From: Trichinella spiralis
Taxonomy: Eukaryota
Direction: 5' to 3'
Assembly (NCBI RefSeq): GCF_000181795.1
Contig: NW_003526941.1
Location: forward strand, 9,182,692 to 9,246,691
DNA length: 64,000 nt
In this document: piece after piece, positions 53,344-64,000 of the stretch
Position numbering within the stretch: the stretch's first letter is position 1
How the letters are laid out: every line of letters starts with the position of its first letter
Notes under the pieces: model-generated
Databases searched by the model: none
What the model saw: the letters and a program-made list of their open reading frames with translations, nothing else
Told to the model about the DNA's origin: nothing
Position numbers and translations under genes: made by a program

Positions 53344-55878
53344 TTTGTAATCTTAACAAAAATAATTCATAGGAAAAATTAGACCTGAACAATAACAAAT
53401 ATTGCCATAACCCATTAATCTAATTAATACTTGAAAATTATTAAATACTGTATGCAATCAGCTTTCATATACAACTCAATTAGAAAAAAAGCCATAAAAT
53501 TATAAACTCTACTGAAAGATATGTATAGAAAGAATAAGGTCGGTGATTGCTAATTTAAGAAAAGCAACTCATACCTTCATATCTTCAATGAAATTTCAAT
53601 TACCCAGGTCCGAATTTTGATTTCGAATACAGTTGCAACATATCTGTATAATGCAGATAACATCAAAAAACAACGCTAAAATTAGAAAAAAAACATGTAT
53701 CTTAAAATTGATTATCATTCTTGCCACGACAGCTAAAGATGATTATTTCCAATACTGTTGAATAGTGTTGAACTGAATAGTGAAAATCAAATTTCTACAA
53801 AAACTACATGTGCAGGATTTCGAATTTGAAAAATGCTAATTGAAATAAACATGAAATCATTCTGCATCAGAATTTTTCGTTCACGGATTTTATATTTTTT
53901 ATGACGTACAACCTCTGTCAACTATAAACAAGCATTGCAAGTTGGCTGTCGCCAAAACAAATAGTTAAGACAAAAAATACTATCATTTATTCAACAGCTT
54001 ATGTGCATAGTTAAGCAATCTTTTTTTGAAAAACAAATGAATGAATGGAATCAAAAAAAACAAAGTGCACTACAATTCGAATTAAAATGTACAAATTATA
54101 GAAATAAAAGATGAAAACCAACTGACTTAACTTACAATAAATAAGATATTGAAAATTAAATAAAACAGCGCATACAAACATATAAGGCGTAATATATACA
54201 TTAAATATGGTAAAATAATTCGTTCCCTTTTCATTTATATTTACTTCTACTAAATTCTATACAAGAAATATACCACCAGTACAAAATTACAAAACAGTGC
54301 AAAATGATCAATATCAGTTAAACAGAAATGCTTTAAAAACGTTACAAACAAAAAACAATCAATGCAACTTATCAAAACCTAAACCAGTTGATTTCAATGG
54401 TAAATTGTAACATAACTATACAAATACAAATAAAAATCATTCTATTTTTAGAACCAATGCCAAAAAACGTTATTGCAAATGTTCAAATTTACCATTGCTT
54501 TTACTATACAAACAGTGCTTGAAGCGATTGGTATTTTTGGTAACCATTACAGTATTACGACCACATTTAAATTTTAAAAAATTTTTATTGAAAAAGCTTT
54601 TAAAAATTTTTTTGAGTTCAATTTAGATTTTATTTCAAAAAAATAGATTTGTAAACCTAATTTTACTTATGCTATTTTCGATTAATTACTTTTTTTACAA
54701 TCATTTAACGATTTAACAATCGATTTTGTATAATTTTTACTTTAAATAATTTTTATATATTTTTCCCTTTCACTGTTAATTGATGTTTATATTTTTTTAT
54801 AGTGAAATTAAAATTTGTAAAACAGATTTGAAAAAATGTAATAGTTAAAAAAATTTCAAATATTTTTATAATTTTAATAAAATAGTTATTTTTCATCGAT
54901 ATATAAAATTTTAAGCAAAAAGAATTATTTATTTCGCAATTTTTCTATTGGTCAAAAAGTTTTGCGAATGTCGAGCCTGATTATCAATTGTCGACCCTGT
55001 TCATTCCTATTGCTTTTGCTTATTCACTGAAAGAGCGTCACTAATGGCAGTTGCTCGATAGTTTTACTTTCTGACTTCTCCAGCTTACTTTGGCAAGAAA
55101 TCCGTATTACGTCATCTCAACTCTACAGTCAGTTGAATATTTTTTTTTCAATATCTCTCATAGTGCTATTTCTATAATGTCCAGTTTGTTTTCGGTTGTT
55201 CCTGATTGAACATTCTACTTCACTAATCGGTGAAAATAGTGTTCAGTTTTATTTCTTCTGTTGTGCTACCTGCACAACGGGAATACTTACTGTGCTTTTA
55301 TTTTCATTCTTTCCTTGGTAACAGGACTTCGTTTTATAGTGGTTGATTTCACTTTTTCATTATATAAACTAAATTGCTTTACTAGGTGGCCAAAAAAATA
55401 CTTTTAGCTTAGCCATTTTGCTTGTATCTTCATCAACTGGAGATAGTTTACTGTACTGAGATACGGTGACATTGTTAGTTATCAAGAATCTTTCGGGCTA
55501 GTATACTGTTAGTTACAGTCTAACTTTTTGTATTATGCGCCAAGCTGCTTTCGAATTTCCCGTTGTTATGCCGTTTCCATGGCATTTCCTGCTTTTTTTT
55601 CAAGAACGATATCGTCAAAATTTATTTGGCAAGTTTTTTTAATGTTATTTTGAAAGTTGGTGATACTCCTTTTTTCATCATATCCCAACTGCACTGTTGT
55701 TGTGAAATGTTCACTTGCCAGCAGATTAGTTGATGAGCGTTGTTAGTGTTAGATGAATTTTGATTTGAGACAGGCGGTCATCAATTAATCATTCCATTGA
55801 CGGTGTTGTTTGTTCTTTTATTCCATGACGGATTTATGACGACGTTCTTTTTTAACATTTCAGAAAATTGATGTGAAG

Positions 55879-56880
55879 ATGCTAACTCCGACTGAATTCA
55901 CACTCGATACTCGTTCACCATCGGGACATCAATGTCAGTCGTGTGGGAAAATTTTTGTCTCAAGCAAAGGACTGCAGCAGCACTCGATCGTCCACACCGA
56001 TCGGAAACCGTTTGTTTGCGAAATATGTAACAAACCATTCCGGTTCAAATCAAATTTATTTGAGCATCGCAGCATACATACCGGCGAGACGCCATATGTT
56101 TGTCCGTTTTGTAGCAAGGCTTGTCGACTAAAGGGAAATTTGAAGGTAAACGATTTTCACTTTACACGGAACAGTTGTGTTTATCAAGTGAAGATTTGTA
56201 CACGTGTAGAAGCATTTGAAAACTCATCTGAAAGAACCTGAAGAAATAGATCGTGCTTACGAAGCGGTGACTGGTGTTACGAATACGAATGACAACTTTT
56301 CCAGTGTTGAAGAAAATGGATCTTACGACAGTCCTTACATGATGTATAAGTCAACACCAAAGCGGAAGAAGCTTATACCGTCAAGAAGATTTCTCCAATC
56401 GCCATCTTCTTCAACGGTTACAGTGCATTTAGCGCAGGAACAAGATGACGAACCTTACGTTAAAGTAATGTTCCAGTTTGTTTTTATTGGTAATTTTATA
56501 ATTAACAGCCTTCAATTCATTATTAGGCACCGGTCGAAAACACGCTGCGGCTTGAGGATATGTTCGGCGACAACTACGGTGTTATAGAAATGGCGACTAA
56601 AGCACGTGAAATTAACAACGAAGCCTACAAGTGCAGAGCATGTCATTTGATCTTTCCGAACCTGGTTGTCATGCGTACGCATTGTTATAACATTCACAAT
56701 TATTCTGAAGCAGATTCGGAAGAAAAGCAAGCGCTGAAATGGTGTGAAAAGTGCATGTGTTGTGTGGAGGATGAAAAAATGTTGGAGCTGCACGAACAGC
56801 GACACGCTACCTTCCACGAAATGCTTAAAGCAGAAGAACTGGCAGTCAACGAACCACATCACCCAATGTCGAGCAAATAA
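55879..56880 (+). CDS. C2H2 zinc-finger protein (3 tandem N-terminal fingers, 1-2 C-terminal fingers); 3 coding exons seen
   Basis: Fingers CQSC..H..H-TDRKPF-CEIC..H..H-TGETPY-CPFC..GNLK|KHLKTH. Exons 55879-56145, 56210-56464 and 56527-56880. A TTTCAG acceptor at 55858-55863 means an upstream exon or trans-splicing is possible. Confidence 0.88.
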
Positions 56881-57196
56881 CACGCACGGTTGCAATTTTC
56901 TCCCCGTTAGTTCAGTCCTGTAACTAATTAGCGTAAATAATTATTGAAGTTTTCTTTTTTTAAAAAAAAATTTCGCATATATTTATAATTGTTTCATGAT
57001 CGCTGGCGAATTCTACTCCACTATTTTGATGATGACTTCACCGTAAACGTTGAACACACGCAATTTACCTTTTCTCATACCTGTGTGATACCATTTCAAG
57101 TATGCTATATATTATAATCTGTTGGACAAAAATGCTATCTATTTTAAGTTTATTTTTTTCTTAAAATTAAACTGCTGCTTATTTTCAAAAATGAAA

Positions 57197-58640
57197 TTAC
57201 AATGACTTTGTCGGTGCAGCTGCCATGATTTCGTCTTCCTGTGCGTGTATAGCCTAAAATTAAGCAAACTGTTTTTATCATGTCCACGTTGTTTATTCAA
57301 AGACGAAATCATGTGCAACATTTGAATCACTTACGTCAGCAAGCATTCGACTTAGAACTTCTTCCTCCGCCAAAATGCGAAGCAGTTCGACAATGAACGG
57401 AACATAGTTGTGTCGATGACGGGCTGCTTCCATCTTTAAGAACAAAAAGAAAGGACATCAGACAAATGATCAAAATTCATATTCATCATTTATTACTGCG
57501 TAACGTTCACGCTTCGCATCTTCGGCTGCAATCAAAGCAACCAAGCGGTCTACTTCGGCTGAATCTCCAGCCTTAAAAAATGATTATTAGAGAATGAAAA
57601 TGAAGCTATATTTAAAAAAAACAAACCTGAGCGAACTTTTCCATTTCTCGTTCGTATTTCAATTTCTGATCCGAAATAACAGCCATAAGATTGAAACGAA
57701 CCTCACTTTCGCCATAACTAAAACAGAACAGCACTGAAGAATGAAAAACAAAACGAAGCAAAGCAACAAGGGAAACATTTCCATTTTCCCAAGGTTACTT
57801 TTTAATTTTTTCCTTGATAGCTTTTATGGCCACTTCAGTCCAATCACCATCTGAAGCAACAGTGCCGAGACGCAGTGGAGCCGCCCGGAGACCGTCCAAC
57901 TCGTAAACGCCATCATTGACTGGTACGTAAGTAACAAAGTGGAACACGTCTTCTTCGTCCAACTTCTGTTGGTCGTCAATTTCAAAAAGCTGTTGTCGAC
58001 CGAAGCTGTTGTGCACGGCTCGGATCTTTTCCGAATTGGTCAAACATAGACCCCGGGATGCGGAATCCAGATCGTATGTGAAATCTTTGAATTCCTTCAA
58101 CGTCGGTCCCAAATCTACGTCCGGGTGGTCGCAGTTCAACAGCAGATTGATCAACGCCTGACTCGCGCAAGCGTTTTGAATAACCTTGAAATTTGAATAA
58201 TTCAAAACTGCACCAAGCAACCAAAACCAAGCAATCGTTGCGATCTCAAAAAAATCATACCTGCTGGGAAAAGTAAACGTCCGTGCATGTCTGTGGAGAA
58301 TCGTCGACTTCTTTTCTCATCTCTTTCTTCAACCAACGGAACAAAAAAATAAATCCGTGAATTGGTCTAAATTGAAAAGCCAATAAAAAGAGAAAAAGCG
58401 ATTTTTCAACATTCACATCTGTATTACTTCAAATGTTCTATACTTTCGTCGAGAACGACTAGCTCTTCTACTTGCAAACCAGTACATCCTTGAAAAAGAA
58501 GAAGAGGATGATGAATCAAAATCCATTACGATAAGTTACTGAACAAGAGAAAAACAAAAAATACACTCACCAAAGCCATGAATCATTTCAGTAAATATTC
58601 CAGGATCACTTTCTATTAAACACCAATTTCCTTCAGCCAT
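57197..58640 (-). CDS. UCHL5: Ubiquitin C-terminal hydrolase UCH37/UCHL5; 8 exons if the last intron is spliced (stop at 57293 if it is retained)
   Basis: Starts MAEGNWCLIESDPGIFTEMI; catalytic 'QVIQNACASQA' and 'FHFVTYVP...YELDGL'; ULD 'RHRHNYVPFIVELL'. Exons 58640-58571, 58488-58428, 58366-58261, 58184-57799, 57717-57627, 57571-57497, 57433-57335 and 57253-57197. Confidence 0.95.
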
Positions 58641-58645
58641 ATTTT

Positions 58646-58651
58646 CTGAAA
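58646..58651 (-). promoter_or_regulatory. Candidate trans-splice acceptor (TTTCAG) 5 nt upstream of the UCH37 ATG
   Basis: Minus strand reads ...gtgcaTTTCAGaaaatATG, preceded by U-rich sequence, in the 218-bp gap after the PRP38B stop. Confidence 0.55.
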
Positions 58652-58858
58652 TGCACATGTTAACAAAACATAAATGTATTTCTTAAAAATGAAATCAGAT
58701 ATGTGGCCGAAAAATACGGTTTTTCAACAGAATAAAATGCAATATTAATTAAGCTGTTTTACTAGTAGTAGTAGTAGTAGCAGTAGTAAACTGACTGAAA
58801 CAAACAATACGCATAAAACGCAATAGAGTAAAAGACAACATAAAATATGCAAATTGAC

Positions 58859-60680
58859 TTAATCGGAAATCATGCCCTCTTCGATTTCAGAATCTGGTAC
58901 TGGTAAAGAATCTTTTTTAATTTTCTTCTCTGCACATTCCTGCAAAAGATACGTCTCCCATGTAATAAAATAAAATAAAATGATTAAACAACAACGAAAA
59001 GCATTACTGAAGATGTGCTTTTTTCACGATCATCACTGGACTCCTGTCGTTCTGACTCTCGACGCTGACGATGATGACGTCGATGGTGACGATGACGATG
59101 AGATTTGTGCTTCCGATGATGACGAGAATGGTCAGAGTGCTTGTGTTTGCGTCGTTCACGAGAACTGTGCTGACGATGTGAACGATCTCTGCGTCGATAA
59201 GAAGAACTTCTTCGAGAAGAGGAACGTGAGTGGGACCGACGCGAGGCACGATACTTCCATTCACGGTCTTCAGGACTGCTAAAACAAACTTGATTGTCAA
59301 ACTATTACAGTAAACAAGCAGAGCATATTCGCACCAACCTACCTGATCCGGCTAGGTGATCGTTCTTTGACGCTTTCTGATCGCCCATCGCGATCTGACC
59401 TGTAGAAAATTAATATCTATAAATATCACATTTCAATAATAAATAAATAAATAAATCACCTGTGCCGTAAGCCGCGTTCTATCCACTGCGGCTGTTCAGA
59501 TTCAGCGACAGGCCTGTCCGCTTTCCGAGAAGACAGTGCCCGAAGCTTCAAGTCAATTTCTTTCTGTAAAACAAAAAACAACGTCTAGCAAAACCTGTCA
59601 TCAACACCTAAACGCTGGGAGTAACACTGAAATCCGTTGCCAATTAATTACCGGCTTAAACAGATGAAAAGAAAGCAGAATCTAGTCGCAATTAGAACGA
59701 TCACTCGGCATCTCTGCGAGGCATATTCTGCAATCGCACGCGTCAAGATCAAGCATGAACAACTTATATTTCAGACAATCATTTACGCAATAGAAAATCG
59801 TGAATAAAATAATCAAATGTTTATTACCTGTATAGGGACAGGTATTCGCGGAAACAAAGTCGAATACCAATCCAGTTTTGTAAGTAAAGATTTCACCATC
59901 TCGCCAATCGTCATCAAATCTCCTCCACCTGCTTTGGGATCAATTTCCTAAATATAAGAAGAACTGAATTATTTCCGCAGAAAATGATCAACCGTCATCT
60001 TACTTCGCTATCTTCAAAATACGGTTCATACCAAGACCAAAATGTTGCAGGATGCAAGCAAAACCGTATATACATAAACCCTAATCCACGGATGTAGCAA
60101 GAATCTGGGTGATTTAAGATGGCTGTTAATTGTTTTCTGGTCAATTTCAGTGTGAACAACTTGTAAAGCAAACAAAAAGCTGAACTAACAACACCACCGG
60201 CACCAACGCCTCGAACCTAAAAAAACAGCATGAATAAATAAAATCTGAAGAAAAAAAAGAAACTAAAAACACTTACGCCACCACACATTCCAGTTTGACC
60301 TGTAGTTTTCCTGGTGCCTTTTTCCCAAGGTTCCAAATGTTCCACCTAAAAAAGCAAATTTACATAATAAATATGATCTGTTGGAAATAATTTCAGCTTC
60401 TTAATATAAATGAACCGCTTCTAAACACTTACGCACTTACATTGTAGTAAATTTCATCGATCACTTCAAAATGTGTTTTCAAAGGTAAAAGCGTGTTTTT
60501 GTAGTAGGGAGAGCTGACAATATTTTCCAAAACAAGATGATTCAGATTCATCGTCTCTTTGTTACCCCAAAAGTTGAGAGTATTGTGCTTGGAACCACAT
60601 TTAATTCCAACGGCAGCGTATAAAGCCGCATTTTCCGCCGCCGTCACTGGAGCAGAAATGTTACTGCCATCGAACGCCAT
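58859..60680 (-). CDS. PRPF38B: Pre-mRNA splicing factor 38B with C-terminal RS/His-rich domain; multi-exon
   Basis: Contains 'NTLNFWGNKETMNLNHLVLENIVSSPYYK', 'VEHLEPWEKGTRKTTGQTGMCGG|VRGVGAGGVVSSAFCLLYKLFTLKLTRKQ' and 'WYSTLFPRIPVPIQ', followed by an RS-rich tail; ends ...EEGMISD-TAA. Confidence 0.93.
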
Positions 60681-61993
60681 TATACAAATTTCACTCGCCG
60701 GTAGTGACAAAAAACGATAACAATTTCACAAAAATAGCTTAAGAAACAATTTAATTCACAAACCACCGTCGAAAAAGAAACCGATCGACGTTTGCATTCG
60801 ATGGTTCAAATTGTAAGGAAGTACAGTATGGTATTAGAAAAAGCACGTGTAGAGTTACTGTGACGACAGTAATTATATTCATAATAAATTCCATTTTCAA
60901 AAATATTGCATAATTATTTTAATTAAACAATTAATAATTTAATTTTTTTTAATAAAAACCAACCCAATTGAATTATATGTAACAATAAAATCATGGATTC
61001 AGTGAAAAGTTTACTGTCAATTTTAGTAGAATTTTATCATTTGACTGTTGTAATAATGAATATTTAAAAACTATTGTTGAAATTTATTTATATTTTTTAA
61101 TATTATATAATTTATTTACCTGAAAATGTTTTTTTATTCCTCAGTTTTGTGAACATATCTTACAACTTGAAAAATTTCAGTGGCACAAAATAATCCACCA
61201 ATTATGAATTGAAATGATTTCTTCTGAGGTAAGTGTATTTTATTTATGTTAATTTAAGTCAAATTATTATACAAATATTAAACTTCAAGTTTGAACGAGA
61301 TTGTTTTTTCTTTGAATGGACACACGATCAGAATATAGGTCACGATGAGCGGGAAGAAAAATTCCTACTCATCTCTTGTTGAAATTGTTTTTAATTGCTT
61401 GTGAAAATTATTTTTGACAATGTTTTTTTGGTAAAATTATTTTCACTCACAAGTGAAAATTATGGCATTTTTGGATCAATTTTTTCTTTTTTGTCGACAA
61501 ATAATAATTTCATGTCGGTTGAAGTTGAATTTTATTAAACAACTTAGTTTGTAAATTGAAATTTTTTAAAAATTTCGCTATTTAATATATTCTATATTCT
61601 ATATGATTGAAATAATAGTTTGATTCAATTTGTTTGTCATACTGTGACAGAGAGTGTTAAAATTTTGTCCAAGCTACTTAAAGTTTGTTTGTAAACAGGA
61701 GAGGAAAAAAAGTTCAAATCAGAGCAATGTCTTTCTTTTTTTTTCCTTCCTGTAGAAAAATGGAAATCAAGCAAAATAGCATGTTTTATTATTAAAAGAA
61801 CCAAGCTTTCACACGGTCGTGAAGTGGGTCAGCAAAAAGGGTGTTTGTTTGTTGTCCAGTTTTCATTTTCGCAATTGCTGCCAGCAAGCTTAATGACAAT
61901 AAATTTTGTTTCATATTATATTTAAAAATGGGAAGAGGAAAAAAGAAAAACAGAACAAACAGTATAGAATAATATGATCGGATAATTTCGTCG

Positions 61994-63247
61994 TCAGTGG
62001 CTCAGTGATCGATCCAGAGATTGTTTCAGTAGAATACCTTGACTTTCGACGTGCAATTCGAGGTGGATGTGTCTTCTGGACCACCAGCTGGATTTGTTGC
62101 AAAATGCCAAATAATAAGTGCCCGAGGTGGAGCATTTCAGTTGGCCCGACTCGGGTACAAATTTCGCTGCGAAACGTAGCAACGGATAGACCATTTCCAA
62201 TTTGTCCAAATCGGTCGGCTTGGTGGGCAATTTCTGCTCGCCGGAGGCGGGTTTGAAAAAAATGCCAAACATCAACGCGCTGTCGGTTGTGAATCTCCAC
62301 TGCAAAGTCCAGCCCGCCTGACATTCCACTGGTATCAGATGTCGACGTCTGGCGTTGACGTGAAAATGATGCGCCTCGTCGGCCAAACGTTTCACCTCGA
62401 TCCGGTGTTCACAACTGCCCGGAAGTGGATATTTGGACGGTATTGTTTCGAAATTTTGACGTGCTTTGTTCGTACCGCCCATCGATTCTGGGACCACTTC
62501 CGTCGGCAATTCTTCCAACAACGTTGCCATGTAGTTGTGGTTGAGCACTCGGAAACGGTCGCCGAAATCTTTCGGCATTGTACTTTTCACCAGTCGGTAG
62601 GGCAGGCTGATCCATGTCGGCGCGTTGATCAAGTTGATCGGCTGCACAAGATCCGGGTAGTGTTCGTAGTGGAACAAATTTGCATAATAGCTCATCTGAC
62701 CATCGTTGACAAACAGCAGCGTCAACGGATTGAACGGCCACTGTCGCAGATCGATGACCGCGTAGACGGTGCACTGGTGACCAGTGGCCGCTTCGCGCTC
62801 GTTGACCATGCGAAGCATTTGTTCGTATTTCCAAAAGTGATAAACTAAGACGTCGGTACTTTTTTGCGTGTACAACAATGCCGACATGTCCAACGTGCTG
62901 TAGTCGACCCACCAGAGGAAAAAGTGGCCACTGGCTATCCATTCGAAATGGCCTTTGGGCAAAAGTTGGTGCTTGTATATTGGATTTTCGTCCCAAGTGG
63001 GCAGTTGGTCGTCGTTCAAATTCAACGCTTGACGAAATTTCAAATGATGACGCAAATTTTTCTCGGCCAAATCGACGTTACCTTTGGAACGGGATACTTT
63101 GTCAGCGCTGGACAACCAGCGGGCGAGGTTGAATTCCGTATCGTATCTGGCCGGCAGGATGGAACCGAGCCGTTGGCGTAATTCGGCCACGAGCTCCAAT
63201 TTGCCGGCTTCCAGTTGAACTTTGCGGTTCTGCTGGCGACGTACCAT
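61994..63247 (-). CDS. SEC14-like CRAL-TRIO + GOLD domain lipid-binding protein; coding region intronless
   Basis: 417-aa ORF with 'YDTEFNLARWL', 'AEKNLRHHLKFRQ', 'HYPDLVQPINLINAPTW', 'PESMGG' and the GOLD motif 'SGQLKCSTSGTYYLAFCNKSSWW'. Confidence 0.88.
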   Translation of the reverse strand: MVRRQQNRKVQLEAGKLELVAELRQRLGSILPARYDTEFNLARWLSSADKVSRSKGNVDLAEKNLRHHLKFRQALNLNDDQLPTWDENPIYKHQLLPKGHFEWIASGHFFLWWVDYSTLDMSALLYTQKSTDVLVYHFWKYEQMLRMVNEREAATGHQCTVYAVIDLRQWPFNPLTLLFVNDGQMSYYANLFHYEHYPDLVQPINLINAPTWISLPYRLVKSTMPKDFGDRFRVLNHNYMATLLEELPTEVVPESMGGTNKARQNFETIPSKYPLPGSCEHRIEVKRLADEAHHFHVNARRRHLIPVECQAGWTLQWRFTTDSALMFGIFFKPASGEQKLPTKPTDLDKLEMVYPLLRFAAKFVPESGQLKCSTSGTYYLAFCNKSSWWSRRHIHLELHVESQGILLKQSLDRSLSH

Positions 63248-64000
63248 TTGGGTGGGGCGGGTCGGCTGGAAATATATTTATTTCTTTCCCTTTGATTCTC
63301 TTCTCACACCGACCGACCGAATAGAACAAAACAACTAACTCTCGACTCGAAGTAGGATTGTCAGTCACGCTCGTCGCTTCAATGCATTTCAGGCTTGTTC
63401 GACCTGTGGAACCGCCGGCGGGCTCGAATTCTAGCCCGCCAAAGGCGACACCTGGCGAGTAAAGTTTTTGCCAATCGTTTTTGAGCTGACAAATGGCAGT
63501 TGGTTGAATTGTCGGCCAATGACACCACGATTCGGGTGTCGTTTCAAACAAATAGGCCGATAGACGGTGGGTTTGGGTCGCACGCCGGCTGCAACGGCTA
63601 CCAGTTTGTTCGAATCGAAACCCTGACCCTGATTCGTTGGTGCCACCGCCCGCTCTCACCCGACGACAACACTACGTCGTTTCCTTTTTCCACTCCTCAA
63701 TATTTTATGCAAATTTTTTTTTCACTTTGCATAAACAAAGCGCGAACATTTTCCATATACAAAACCGACTAAACTTTGTTGTTGTTCTTGTTGTTTAATT
63801 TTAATTTATTGTTATTAATAATTTATCATTTTCTATGTCAAATTGAAAAAATTTCACTCGATTACTATCGATCAATTATTGTCAAATGTCAATACAAATT
63901 TGGCCAGATTGTAGAAAAAAAATTTCCACACTCCCACGCAATATGAATGACACATTATTTGTTTGTTTGAAAACTGATAATCACAAATTTGATAAGAAGA

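Noticed and set aside
54560..54930. AT-only palindromes and inverted repeats upstream of the zinc-finger gene
   Set aside because: Expected by chance in extremely AT-rich DNA; no terminal inverted repeats plus target-site duplication to support a MITE.
58980..59300. Asp-rich plus ORF and hydrophobic minus ORF
   Set aside because: Alternative frames of the PRP38B RS-domain exon.
62005..63772. Several ORFs overlapping or upstream of the CRAL-TRIO gene
   Set aside because: Shadow frames or GC-rich 5' flank, with no motif support.
1..64000. CRISPR arrays, rRNA, tRNA, transposase or reverse-transcriptase genes
   Set aside because: None seen: no regularly spaced repeats, no RNA-gene signatures recognised by eye, and no mobile-element ORFs. 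A tRNAscan/Rfam run would be needed to exclude small RNAs.

Overview
Eukaryotic, AT-rich genomic DNA with many short (about 45-90 nt) GT-AG introns. It is most likely from a Trichinella species (clade I nematode), because the spliced UCH37 protein matches the T. spiralis UCH37 sequence as I recall it; no search was run. Positions 1 to about 21,800 are gene-poor and rich in microsatellites, with isolated minus-strand splice signals, so they probably form the 5' intronic/regulatory region of a large gene whose body lies left of the window. Positions 21,858-63,247 are gene-dense: SH3BP5(-), a NUDT5-like Nudix hydrolase(+), salvador(-), DDX54(+), three consecutive unassigned secreted-protein genes(+), a mec-3-like LIM homeobox gene(+), a CNNM metal transporter(-), GTPBP6/HflX(+), a C2H2 zinc-finger gene(+), UCH37(-), PRP38B(-) and a CRAL-TRIO/GOLD gene(-). 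Five observations stand out. (1) A 14-bp perfect inverted repeat, extendable to about 20 bp, loops out the last 3' splice site of UCH37 and could switch its C-terminus. (2) PRP38B has a candidate poison exon whose acceptor is buried in a hairpin. (3) PRP38B and UCH37 have an operon-like arrangement. (4) Two tandem secreted paralogues share a Cys/helical domain and a D/Y-rich motif. (5) CNNM has an 18-nt frame-neutral microexon. Exon boundaries were read by eye.
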